From: Eledone cirrhosa
Taxonomy: Eukaryota
Assembly (NCBI GenBank): GCA_964016885.1
Contig: OZ024742.1
Coordinates: forward strand, 290,780,001-290,844,000
Direction: 5' to 3'
Length of the DNA: 64,000 nt
Below, piece after piece: positions 51,901 to 64,000 of this stretch (its first letter is position 1; each line of letters begins with the position of its first letter). The translations under genes were made by a program, and so were the position numbers. The notes below the pieces were generated by a model, which saw only the letters and a program-made list of their open reading frames with translations, was not told the DNA's origin and made no database searches.

Positions 51901-53604
51901 AATCACAAGCCAATATGTAACACAACAACTTAACCACGGCCTGGCAACACTTCAGCCAGTGGACTGTGCCTTCTGAAATTCTTAATTCGTTTGTTTTATT
52001 TCTCTTGGCATGCCTGCTCTACTCAGCTCTACGCAGCTCAACCTTGTTAATAAATAATGTAAAACAAGCCAAAGTCATTGTCGATATGTTCTTACCACAT
52101 CTTTCTACCGAATTAATTACTCGTGGCGCAACTAACTATAATATAACTTAACTGCTAAAGTTGTATGGACCATACAACTATATCAAAAAACAATTGGAGC
52201 ACATTACACAATTTTCTGCAGACATCAGAATGAAATTTGGTGAGTCCGAATGTCCATATTTGACAGTAAAATGTGGAAGGGTTGTACCCTCCTCTGGAAA
52301 TCTAGAGATGAATGGCTTGACAATACAACCTCTACAGTCAGGTGACAACTACAGATATCTTGGACAGGATGAGAATGTCAGATATGATGGACCCATAAAT
52401 AAGGAGAGAACCAGAACTGAATAGCTCAGGGGAGTAAAGAAGATATGGTCATCAGAACTATCAACGTACAACAAATACATTGCCGACAATATTTATGCTG
52501 GAGATGGAGGCAAGCACTCGCAAGCTTCTCGGTGTTACTGGAAACTTTAACATCAATGGTGATGTGGATAGGCTATACTTCTCATGCAAGGAAGGTGGCC
52601 GGGGTCTAAAATCGATATTAACATCATACGAGACACTGAAGCAACATCTTCAACAGAAGAAAAAGGCCAGCAACCATCTTGCCCAGGTTTATGAGCATGG
52701 AGGAAATGATATCATTAGGATAGCCACTGACCTGGAAGAAAGATATGGAATAAGGCCTGATGTAAATCTCTCTCACAGAGAAATTGGAAGATCCTATTCA
52801 TTGTTCAAACAAGATTTAAAAAATGGACCAATTTACAGAGAAAGTTGTGCATGGGTACCTGAGACGAAAAACTCAGACCATAGAGGGGATAAATCATTCA
52901 AAAAGCCTGACATGGAGTTCCGACAAGTTTATGACATCCCACCTTGAATACAAGAACAAGAAATCCCTCCCAAATGTCTGCTACACAAAAGAGGAGGGCC
53001 ATCAGTCGACAAAACATGTAGGCTATGTAAATCAAAGATCGAAGATGTTAGCCAGATTGTTGCCAACTACAAACGAATGTCGTCTTGCTACTACCTGCCT
53101 ATGAGACACGATGTGATAGCTAGAACCATCTGGAATGCACTTAGGAAAACAAAATTAAAAACAAATGAGGAGCAATATACTGAGATAGATGGCAGTAAAG
53201 AATACTGGTGGAACCTGAAAATAAAAGCTGCCACCAAATTAAAGCACAAACTGCCAGCCTGATATTGTTGTTTGGGACCACACATTGAAAGCGTGCTCTG
53301 TTGTAGATATCAGCTGCCTACTTGATGTCAACGTCGTAAGAAAAATACAAGAGAAGGACGACATCTATGGACGATTGATAAGAAGTTTGCAGATCCAGTG
53401 TTCAAGCTACACCTTCAACTTCATACCCATTATTATTGGAACTACAGGTTATATACCTGTAACAAGCAATAGTTGGCACCTTCAAAATTTGCAAAACATT
53501 CTTCGCTATTCAAGGGTTGACAATTTCTTTTCTTTTACAACCTTACCACCAGGAAGGCGGTCGGTCAAAATATACTCGAAATTAAAAGAAACATACATAC
53601 ATAC
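48931..53604 (+). mobile_element. R4/Dong-clade (RLE) LINE copy 2, with deletions and a nested LTR element
   Basis: PAWMR, KLPGPD, SHLFFVDDLKL|YG, YRYLG, DVDRLYFSCKEGGRGL, CRLC, RHD, VVDISC, IVGTFKICKTF; (CATA)n on both sides. Confidence 0.85.
49855..52159 (+). mobile_element. Non-coding LTR element family 2 (LTRs 49855-50318 and 51709-52159)
   Basis: Direct repeats of about 460 bp; PBS TGGTGACCTGACGTGA (tRNA-Trp-like); PPT aggaagggg; 4-bp TSD GTTG splitting the DDLKLYG codons. Confidence 0.92.
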
Positions 53605-53685
53605 TTAGGTATGTAGCAAAATCGTCTGTTTTACTGGTGACTCCGTAAAACAGACACACAACCTTCTGATCATCCACTACAAACG

Positions 53686-54559
53686 ATGTCTCTAGCACAC
53701 GACGATTCATCTACGGCAGAAATGGCAGTCAGGGCGACATTAAGGATTCCACCATTCTGGGTGTACGATCCAACACTGGTTCGCGCACATCGAAGCGCAG
53801 TTCGCATCGAACCGGATCGTTAGCGAGGCATCCCGTCTCACACATGTCATCGGTTCGATGTCTCCGGAGATTATGAATGAGGTTCGAGACCTCATTTTAA
53901 CACCACCCGGCTCTGTATCATATGACACATTTAAAAGAACATTAGTTAAGCGGACGTCGGAGTCGCAGCAGAAGCGTTTGCACCAGCTCCTCATATCGGA
54001 GGAATTAGGAGATAAAAAGCCGACGCAACTCCTACGGAGAATGAAGCAGCTTCTGGGAGAACATAAACTCCCGGATGAAATTTTCAAGCAACTCTTCCTC
54101 CAGCGTTTACCTTCTGCCACACAAGTTGTACTAGCATCCACCAGGGCGTCCACCACCATAGAAGAACTCGCCGATCTGGCAGATAAGATCATGGAGGTAC
54201 CACATCCGCACTCAAAAATAGCGAATGTGACGCCAGCCGTGCCTTCCACCAATCCTTTCTTTCAGCCCTCCAGTGCCACAGAGATGCCCGATCTACACCA
54301 GTTACTGGCACAGCAAGCAACACAGATACAGGCCTTGACGCAACAAATTCAGGCCTTGTCACTGGGCAACCCTGCCACGCGTCGGTCCAACAGTCGAACT
54401 CGCCGATTTGGTGGTCGCTCAAGAAGTCCGAGCGCATCTCGAGATTCACCAGAAATGTGTTGGTACCACAAAAGATTCGGGAGACGAGCGCAAAAGTGCA
54501 GCCAACCCTGTTCATTTGTTTCAAATACGAATCAGGGAAACGACACAGCCAGAAACTGA
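53686..54559 (+). pseudogene. Gypsy gag
   Basis: IPPFW...WFAHIEAQF (frameshift), LGDKKPTQLLRRM, FLQRLP, CWYHKRFG...C..PC. Confidence 0.88.
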
Positions 54560-57500
54560 ATGCGACAGACGTTTCTGGCCTTCATAACCAAAGTCGCCTA
54601 TTTTTTTATTCAGGATCGCGTCACAGGCACGTGTTTCCTGGTCGACACCGGTGCTGAAGTGAGCATCATCCCGGTTTCCTGCGTTCCTGGAAAAAGGAGA
54701 GAGACACCAGCCTGGCTCCAGGCGGTGAATCACTCACATATTCCGACCTACGGAGAACAGTTCCTGACACTAAATTTGGGACTACGCCGCACTTTCCAGT
54801 GGGTATTCGTTGTGGCTAAGCTGCCGACCCTTATTTTAGGAGCTGGTTTTCTTCAGCACTTCTCGCTTCTAGTGGATCTGAAAAACCAACGACTCGTTGA
54901 CAACTCCACTGGTGTCGCTGTGCGCGACATAGCCGCTAGGACATCCACAGTCAGTCCAGTCATTTCACGATCGACAACAACAACCCGGCACAACCACATC
55001 ATCAACAAATACCCAGACGTGGCTCGACCACTATTCAACGCTTGCCCTGTAAAACTGGTCCTCACCCATACACTGTGTACCCAAGAAGTCGTCGAACGAC
55101 TGGCGACTACCGTGCACTGAACAACTGCACCGTTCCTGATTCTTATCCAGTGCCTCATCTACAGGACTTCTCTAGCTCGCTGCACGGGGCTCGCATATTT
55201 TCGAAGATCGATCTTGTGCGAGCTTACAATCAGATACCCGTTGAGCCTGCAGATATTCCAAAGACCGCAGTCACAACACCCTTTGGAATGTTCGAATTTC
55301 TGCGTATGCCTTTCGGTTTGCGAAATGCAGCGCCGACAATCCAGCGATTCATCGATACAGTCACCAGAGGTCTACCTTTTGTATACGCATAGATTGACGA
55401 CTTACTGGTGGCCAGCAGCTCCGATGAAGAACATGAGAAACACCTGGATCTCCTATTCACACGTTTGCGTGAATACGAAATTGTTATCAACCACAGAAAA
55501 TGTGAGTTCCGAGTTGCGTCCCATCATTTTCTGGGACACATCATTGACAAAGATGGTATTCGCCCACTTAAGGAGAAAACAAATCCATCATTGATTTTCC
55601 ACAACCTACATCTCTCCGCAAACTGCGAGAATTTCTTGGCCTGGTAAACTTCTACAGAAGATTTATACCCCACTGTGCAGAGACAGTCCAACCACTCACA
55701 GATTTGCTGCGGCAGCGTACAACCAAAAACGCAAACATCAAGCTCAGCGAAAAAGAATGTACCGCCTTTCGCTGAGTTGAAGAAAATGTTGTCCGAGGCT
55801 ACAATGCTGAGTTACCCCAAACCTGACGCCCCAATGTGTTTATTGACTGATGCATCCGATTTCGGAGTTGGAGGTGTGCTTCAACAACTCTCTGGTGATA
55901 TTTGGCGACCTGTATCTTTTTTCTCTAAGCGAGTAAAACCCGCCGAAACTAAGTACAGCACATTCAGTCGTGAATTATTGGCAGCATACCTTGCTGTCAA
56001 GCATTTTTGACACATGCTAGAAGGTTGTGTGTTCTCTATATACACCAACCACAAACCACTAGTGTACGCGTTCAACGCCAAGCCTGACCAACACTCACCC
56101 AGGGAGGTCCGACATCTGGACTTCATTTCTCAGTACACTACTGATATTCGGTACATTAAGGGTGCCACCAACTCAGCAGCTGATGCCCTATCGCGCATGG
56201 AGCTTAACGCCATCCACACCACTGCCACTATCGACCTCCAAAGGATTGCAGCGGATCAACAGAATGACGAGGAACTGCTGCAACTCCGGAAATCATCCTT
56301 GAAATTGAAGGAATGCCCGCTGCCCTCTTCTTCGGGTTATATTTGGTGCGACATCTCCACAGGCCACGAGCGCCCATACGTGCCCCGGAAACATCGACGC
56401 AACGTTTTCTCGGCACTGCATTCTCTGGCACATCCTGGCGTCCGCGCCATGCAGAAACAGATGGTTGCCCGCTTTGTGTGGCCCAATATCAACAAGGACA
56501 CCCGCGAATGGGTTAGGAACTGCATCGCGTGCCAGAAGGCGAAAATTCACCGGCACATCAAACCCCGATCGGTTCTTTCGCAACACCTGATACACGGTTC
56601 CAACATGTGCATATAGACATCGTTGGACCTTTGCCTCCTTCTCACAACTACACTCATCTTCTCACCTGTGTCGACCGATTTTCTCGCTGGCCAGAAGCTT
56701 TTCCTCTGACGGATATTACTGCGGAAACTGTCGCCAAAACGCTAGTGTTTCACTGGGTTTCGCGTTTCGGCACACCCGCGACCATCACTACGGATAGAGG
56801 ACGTCAGTTCGATTCGCACCTATTTACCGAGCTGACTCGTCTCCTCGGGTGCAAACACATCCGTACAACAGCGTATCACCCTGCCGCTAACGGCATGGTA
56901 GAACGCTTACACCGCCGGCTAAAATCATCTATCAAGGCTTACGAAGACTCCACTAACTGGTTCGAATACCTCCCACTCATTCTTCTTGGTATTCGTTCCA
57001 CTGTTAAGGAGGGAGTCGGACATTCTCCAGCTGAAATGTTGTATGGCACCGTACTCACTCTACCCGGACAAATGATCGCTCCTGTTTCGCCACAAGAACT
57101 TCCAGACCCTACAAAATGTGCGCACCGTTTACGGTCATCGATGTCGCATCTGTCTCCTTCAGCCCCTAAACAACAACGTTACTTCACACATACCAAAAGA
57201 CATCCATACATGGACGCATGTTTTCGTTAGAAATGACGGTATTTCATCGCAACTTCGTCCGCTGTATTCCGGGCCCTATAAGGTGATACAGAAACGGCCT
57301 AAGTATTTCATCCTCGACTTGAACGGGAAACGAAATACCGTCTCCATTGATCGTTTAAAAAAAGCGTTCATAGAACAGGAATTGCCACCAGTACCCACCG
57401 TTTCTCCAGCAGACTCACCAACAACTTTGTCCGACACAAACACGACAAATTCTGCACAACCCCGACACACCAAATCCGGAAGAACAGTCCGATGGCCCAC

Positions 57501-57561
57501 GCGATACGTACAAGTTTATCGGGTAAGTACAAATTATGCATCTAGTCGACATTTCGGCTAA
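54535..57561 (+). pseudogene. Gypsy pol (PR, RT, RH, IN) reached through a GGGAAAC -1 slippery site
   Basis: LVDTGA; [26 protein letters not shown]; TDAS, SRELLA; HPG..CIAC, HIDIVGP, TDRG, NGMVER, GPY; stops, frameshifts and a deletion at the RT start. Confidence 0.93.
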
Positions 57562-58581
57562 TTTGTACATTTCAACGAATCGGCCAATTTCTGTGGTCAT
57601 GAACTATTGCTACACACAAATCAATTAACTCTGTGCATCACCCACATCAAAAGAACAGACAAAAGAACATTTTTCCGTTTCTATGAAATGAACGAACTTT
57701 TAATCAACAAACTTTTCGTACGAACATTTTCAATTTTATGTAACATCACAGTACATTTTCCTGCATGTAAATTTCTTTTGCTTTGCATGTTTTCTTTCAT
57801 TTCTCCTGTTTGTAAATGACTTTCATGTGTTTTTTGTTTTTACTGATTTTCTTCAACAACACACGTAGACATACCTATCTTCATTTCACATGCACCTAGA
57901 TCGTTCAATCTTAAGCTTTCTCACTGGAAGGGGGGTACTATAACGGCGGCGAAGATTCGAAACCGAATCTGAGCTTTCCCGCCTCTGGGACAAGCTGTGG
58001 TAACTTGTTTACGCTCAAGAGACTAACCCCTTGGGAGAGGCTAAACACAGGTCAGAGGTGTTTACGCCTGACAGAAGGATCCATCTTTCTGACTTGTTTA
58101 CGCTTGGCAAACTAATCCTTTGGGAGACTAACCAAAGTTCAGAGGATATATCTATCCTTCTAACTTCAACTATTATAAATACAGGGATTGTTTACGCCTC
58201 GAATAGAAAAGAAGTGATATACAGACAAGACAAGTCGCATTTACAAGCTCTCGTCAAGAAAAACCAGTCTGCCACTTATTCTCACCTTCCTGGCTGATCG
58301 CTAACTCCTGCAATACAAATAAGTAAATATACTGATACGCCGCACACACGCATTCATAGTGAGTCCAGCATTTGTACACGCACCATTCATTTCTGTTTAC
58401 ACATATTATAATCGTATTCTGTGATACTTGAATTTACGTGGCTCGAAGAGCCACCAAATTATTGTATGGATATCGCCCATTCAATATTCAAATTGAATAT
58501 TGTTGTAATAAAATAAACTTTGTAACAACACAATCCTGGTATTTTTCTTTACATCGAAACCACCATACCAACAGTTACATC

Positions 58582-58955
58582 TATAGCGAAAGTACTGGGT
58601 TGTATGAATGTAACAAGGAATACATTGTTTGTGTGTATAATATTTAATTAACAATGGTAGATAGTATAGTTATCATGTCAAAGAAATAGATGATAGAATG
58701 AAACAAAGTTAGTCATTACCGTTTTGATTGCCAGGCAAACGCGGCTGGCAGAGGACGCCTGGCTAAGGCCAGCCAGGCACCGGAAGGCCAAATGAGAGGC
58801 AGCGCCAAATGAGAGGCTCTTGACCTGGTACCGAAAGGGCAATGAGAGAGTGAGAACTTAAAGTTGTTAGTTTTATAGGGTTCTGACCGGAAGTTACAGA
58901 AAGGGTTCTACTTCCCGTCTAGATGTTAATCCAAACAAGGGAGACAACCGCTACA
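58582..58955 (-). mobile_element. Solo LTR, family 1, reverse
   Basis: TGTAGC...GCTATA on the - strand; 4-bp TSD CATC at 58578-58581 and 58956-58959. Confidence 0.9.
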
Positions 58956-60623
58956 CATCCATCCACCCACTTAATGTTACAACCACACATAATATTCCGT
59001 TACATATGTTTGGGTGTGTATTATTTCTTTTTATCTGGTCTATAGTAAATGATTACGTACCTTAATCACGAAATTTCATGCTTAACAATAGTTGGAGGAG
59101 GCATTTCTAGGAAAACACTGTTGTCGAAATACATACGTACATACACACACGTTTTTTTAATACCAATCAACAGGAACTTCATATTGACACATTGTATTCG
59201 AAAAACATATTTAAGTTTCAGTTTAGTCGTAGTTTCGGCGAGGTAAGTAAAGGACTTTATAATCTCTCTATTAATATTAATTACCCTATATACTCATACT
59301 TTTGTGGTGATAAGACCCCCCCCCCCCCCCCGAGAGCTGGACAGCAGAAGGTCTTCAGAGAACAAACCCTCTCATTCATGTCATATATTATTCTAAAAAA
59401 TATATAAACAAAATGTATATCTCATGTAAAAGTATTTTTTTCTTCACAGCGATGTACTTGTCTTGAAAGGATTTTGATATGAAATCGTGTGTTGAAACAG
59501 ATATTGTTATATTTGGAGAGGGTTATGCTCTTATAATATTGCTAGAAATATATAATAAACTGAGTGATTTACTTTGCCTTCTGGCTAGCAGTATCGGTAG
59601 AGAGTCGGACGCCATGCTTTGACGCAAATAGTTACGGTCTTTGCCATTCTGAGATCAAATTTCACTGAGGTTAACTTTGCCTTTCATCCTTACGGGGTCG
59701 ATAAAATAAAGTACCACTAGTAAATTGCTGGTCTTGTGCCAAAAGTAGAAACAATTATTATAACAACGTGACCCTCCCCAAGTATAACAATATTTTTATT
59801 CACAGTTGTATAAATAACATTACAAATTGTTCACAATTTCAGGATTTAAACATAAATATAAACACATATAATAAATACAATTAACTATTGCTATGAACCT
59901 TACAAATACAACTCATCAAAATATACGATGAAAGCGAGAGAAAAAAGGAAAACAAAAACGACCAGCAAGTGCGACAATCGGCCGCACATCACAAGTGCCA
60001 AAGAAATTTTTTTTTACTTCCCAGTTCTTCGGGGACAACAGAGCATTTGTGAATCCTAATATTATCCTGGACATAAATATGAAAAAAAAACAAAAACTAT
60101 CTTTTATTATATCGAAATAAACGGTGTTCATGAAATTACATTTTCCTACGAAGTAATATACTGAAAAGTGTTTTGGTGTATAGAAACATCGACATAAGTA
60201 ATTCATTGTTTCGTTTTTTTCGATTATGAAAGTTTTATTAAGTTTTAAATATATACGTAAATAACATTACAAATTGTTCGTAATTCTTTTAGAATGAAAA
60301 TATAAACATAACAAATACAATTAACTATTACTTTTATTCATTTAGGCTTCTACTTCCTGATACGATATTTTGGATTGTGGTATGAAATTCAACCCCGTGA
60401 AAGTACTATCCATGTAGTGGTCTAAAAACTTTCGACTTTTACATTACGTTTATTTTTAACTATCACTACCACTTTATAGGCGTTACAAAAAAATCTTTAG
60501 AATTCAAGTCCACCTAGGATTCACTATTTTAGTGGGACTGGTAACTTACGTACCAGTTATTTACTTTGGTCGATTTAAAGAACTATATTTAACTGTCTTT
60601 ATTATCAATATATTAGGGGTAGC

Positions 60624-60758
60624 CAGGGCCGTCTTAACAGCATTATAGGCCCCCGGGCAAAGCAGAGTTATGGATCCCCTACCTACACAACCACTCACAG
60701 GAATAAAAATACAAATGGGGCCCCGGGCAACTGCCCAGCGTGCGTTAAGACCATCCTG
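60624..60758. mobile_element. hAT-type MITE (135 bp)
   Basis: TIR CAGGGCCGTCTTAAC / GTTAAGACCATCCTG; perfect 8-bp TSD GGGGTAGC. Confidence 0.88.
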
Positions 60759-61164
60759 GGGGTAGCTACTTTGGTGTCTAAAACAATGTTGGCTTTTTTC
60801 TTTCATTTCCGTGTTCTGAAAGTGAAATTATTTTTCGAAGAAAAATCACTTTCATTTTCAATTTAGTTGAAAATTTGGATTACAGTTGTATAAATAACAT
60901 TACAAATTGTTTATTATTTTTACAGAATGACAGACATTTCAACTCTCCTTGTCCGACGGGGAGATTTGCAATAGCTTTTGTGAAAATGGGTATAGCTTCC
61001 ATCATGCAAAATATTCCGATTTTTTTCATTGTAACGCCCGTTTGTATTTTTAGAGGGTGGTAGGTCTGGTATGAATATTTAAACACAAATATATACAAAT
61101 AATTATTGTTAGGAACCTTGTACCTGGTCCCAACCTCCTTATCCATCAATGCTTCCCACTCTAT

Positions 61165-61700
61165 ACTGGAAGGCAGGAGGCTGAATTCAGTGCAAACATT
61201 TCAGGAGCTGGTGCAGTAATGCGCCAGCTTGAGCATTCGGTAATCAGAAGAAAGGAGGTATGTGTAAAGCCAAACATGCTATCTTCAATTTGGTATTTGT
61301 GCCAAACTCTTACCTATGGTCAGCAATCTTGGGTAATGACCAAAAGAATACAAGAAACCGAAATGGGATTCCAACGTAGGGTCCTTGGAGTAATTACTCG
61401 ATAAAGTCTGTTACTTGGAGATCAGAGAGTCCCTCCAGGTAGAACCACTACTTCTCCGATTGAGAGATCACAGCTTCGATACTATGGGCAGAAACCAACT
61501 GGCAGGAGACCCACAGGTAGACTCCAAGCAAGATGGTTGGACAACATCCATGAGCTCAGCTAGGATCCAGCCAGATCAAATTTGAGACAGTTACTTCTGA
61601 CAGGACCTGCTGGAAGGAGAGCTTGAGGATTCTGCCTTCACAACCCTCATAAGAATAGGTGGACAAAGAAGAATGAGAAGGAGGAAGAGAAGAAGAAGAA
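61165..61700 (+). mobile_element. Expander-like RTE 3' fragment
   Basis: TLTYGQQSWVMTKR...EMGF.RRVLG, IERSQLR, GRRPTGR; (GAA)n-like tail. Confidence 0.75.
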
Positions 61701-62369
61701 TATATGTTTAGTTAAAATAATCGAAATGTTTACAAAGATGTTTATTATGAATACTATCAATGTATAAATACTGTAACATTCTTTACTAAAAACAGACATA
61801 CATACTATATACCATTAGATATACAAAATACACATACTTATATGTATACAGCTATGCTGGAGCGAACACTTTAATTCTATTTTCGGGCCAAGACAGCCGA
61901 CAGCTCCATATGCAAATGAGGCTAATTAACCCGCGTACATAGGCATCAAAAAGACATGTTTTCGCCTATATTGAATTCCAGCAGAGAGCAGGGTAATGGA
62001 AGCACTGTCTTAATAACGACCATAGTTAGAAACGATCGTTGGCAGTTACCCTCCCTTGCTTCTGCTGGAATTCGTTAGATGGCGCTATGTCATCAGCTTC
62101 CAAAATTCAAAGGTAAAGCCTTCCAAATGTTTATTTGTAGACATAACTACAGTTTAGTGTTCCTCAACCTCACAATTACTTGAAGGAATGGAATGGACCT
62201 CTTTTGGTTTCAACAATGATTGTTCCAGTTTTTAATCAATTAATAGTTTGCATGAGAGAAACCCTATAGTTTATGCAGATAAAATAATTTATTTCTAAGA
62301 TATATGTACATATGACATATACAATTAAGTGTATGAGTAACTTTGGAGAAATAACAATTGACAAGAACA

Positions 62370-62720
62370 AAGACTACAGTCTAGGCTTTGCTGCCCACCA
62401 AGACGAAGAGGGCAAACTGTCCAAGTATAGTCCACTCTCGGATAGGTTTGTGGTAAAGTCTATAGCAGTAGAGACTTCCGGCATATTGGCTCCCAGACCA
62501 CATCCCTACGCATGTGATAGGTTTGTGGTAGAGCCTGTAGCAGTGGAGACTTCCAGCGTTCTTGGCCCCTGGACAACATCCTTACTCATTGCTATCGGGG
62601 CGGAGTTGGCTGCCCGCAGGTGTGAGGTAGAGTAGCTGTTTCAGCGTGTCTCCCTTGCCATCCTCTGGCATAATGCATTCTCCATCCTGTCGGCCGGGAC
62701 CCAGTGGCAGAGAGTAAGTT
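62370..62720 (+). mobile_element. CRE-like RLE retrotransposon C-terminal fragment
   Basis: PVAVETSSVLGP...LFQRVSLAIL..NAFSIL. Confidence 0.65.
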
Positions 62721-62947
62721 AGTTGGTGGTGGACGTCACTTTAACAACTAAAGTATATTTACATATAATGTATTACATTTAATTATATACATATTTTGGC
62801 AATATATCTCAACTGCACCTCATAAACATATGTAGGGTTAGAAACCAGGACCTTGTGATTAGGAGGCGGATTTTTTATTGTAGCAACATCACTAGGATAG
62901 GAAATGTATTGTATGTATGTGTCTGTAAATTTTAAAAAAGTTACAGA

Positions 62948-64000
62948 CATCATCATCATCATCAACGTTTAACGTCCGTGTTCCACGCTTGCATGGGTTT
63001 GGACGGGGGTTTTCCCACTTGAGGCAAGAGTGATTGTCTTGCTCGTATAGGACTGTCTGGCAGGTTTTCTACAGTTGGATGCCCTTCCTAACACCAACCA
63101 CATTTACAGTGTGGGTCTGGGAGGTTTTTACCGTGTTGCCTACACGGCCACATTACAGCGTGGACTGTGTGTTTTTTTGTCGTGACACCTACACGATCTC
63201 ATTTGTTTCGGCCTGGATAGTGTGGCACCAACATAACTTTACATAGAAGGGGGCGTTGTGGACGGGGTGGGGGTGGTGGGATGGGGGTGTATTTTGTTAG
63301 AGATGCCTACTGACTGTAGTAGGTTTTACTTTGTATTTAGGTAAGGCGGGTCTTCTCTATTACTGAGTACCGCCAAAGGTCTCGGTCCAGTGACATTGTC
63401 TTGGTGAGGTGTAAGTGTGTGAGGTCGGAGTTTATCAGCTCGTCCCAGGTTTTTCTGGGTCTGCCTATTCCGTGGCTACCGTCTATCTTTATTGCCCTGC
63501 ACTTTGTTATACAGCTATCGTCCTTCATGCGCATCACGTGACCATACCAACGTAGCCTTCTCTCGAGTAAACAACATCTGATCCCTCTTATTTCTAATTT
63601 TTTCCTTAGTTCGTTTATGCTTTGTCGTTCACGTATATTACTATTACACATCCAGCGAAGCATGCAAGCTTCGTTTCTCTCTAGTCTGCGTATATCCTCT
63701 CCACACAATGCCCAGGTCTCACTGCCATGCAACATTGCTGTTCGTATGCAGGCATCGTACAACCTGCCTTTCATTTTTAGGGGGAACCCTTTAGCGGCTA
63801 ATAGTGGTATAAGCTCTCTGAACTTTTTCCACCCAGTTCTGACTCTAGCTACTGTACTTTCAGAGCACCCTCCCCCACTGCTGATTTTGTCACCCAGGTA
63901 ATGGAAGCTGTCCACTATTTCTATAGAACCCTCTGCGCAGTTGAAAGAGCTAGTATTTTGTGGGCACTTGCTGCTACTTATTGCCCCAGAACACCGGCCA
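62948..64000 (-). mobile_element. RTE LINE 3' end (ORF C-terminus, UTR, (ATG)n tail), continues beyond the window
   Basis: Open ORF 63337-63915 FHYLGD...MLHGSETW...RRLRWYGHV...GRPRKTW; tail catcatcat at 62948. Confidence 0.92.

Larger units (their letters stand above)
53635..58579 (+). mobile_element. Ty3/Gypsy LTR retrotransposon, CsRN1-like, degenerate, 5' LTR missing
   Basis: PBS TGGTGACTCCG at 53635; gag-pol; PPT ggaagggggg at 57926; putative 3' LTR TATAAC...GTTACA 57939-58579. Confidence 0.88.

Noticed and set aside
53458-53633. TGTAAC-starting segment as the Gypsy 5' LTR
   Set aside because: It translates as the R4 C-terminus (QAIVGTFKICKTF) plus UTR and does not match the 3' LTR

Overview
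AT-rich, intron- and transposon-dense animal DNA. The repeat inventory (RTE LINEs with (ATG)n tails, abundant tRNA-derived SINEs) suggests an octopus or other cephalopod, which is inference only. The one host gene is the 3' part of a spliced PARP14/15-like macro-PARP on the + strand. Nine exons with compatible GT-AG phases lie between 1189 and 41858 and encode linker-WWE-macro-ART (H-Y-I, mono-ADP-ribosyltransferase type). The non-canonical WWE-macro-ART order is explained by an internal duplication (1-1155 repeated at 27459-28600) whose second copy lost the phase-1/phase-1 linker+WWE exon pair. All three visible lesions (TGA, poly-G frameshift, SINE insertion) fall in the ART exons. The rest is nested mobile DNA: a piggyBac containing an LTR retrotransposon and a SINE, a CsRN1-like Gypsy, two non-coding LTR families, RTE/Tx1/R4/CRE/CR1 LINE pieces, Helitron-like elements, a hAT MITE and two minisatellites. 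The most unusual signal is the LTR element at 10220-13967, which lacks a TGG primer-binding site and instead has 12 nt complementary to the 5' end of tRNA-Phe directly next to its LTR. All alignments were read by eye and no searches were run.
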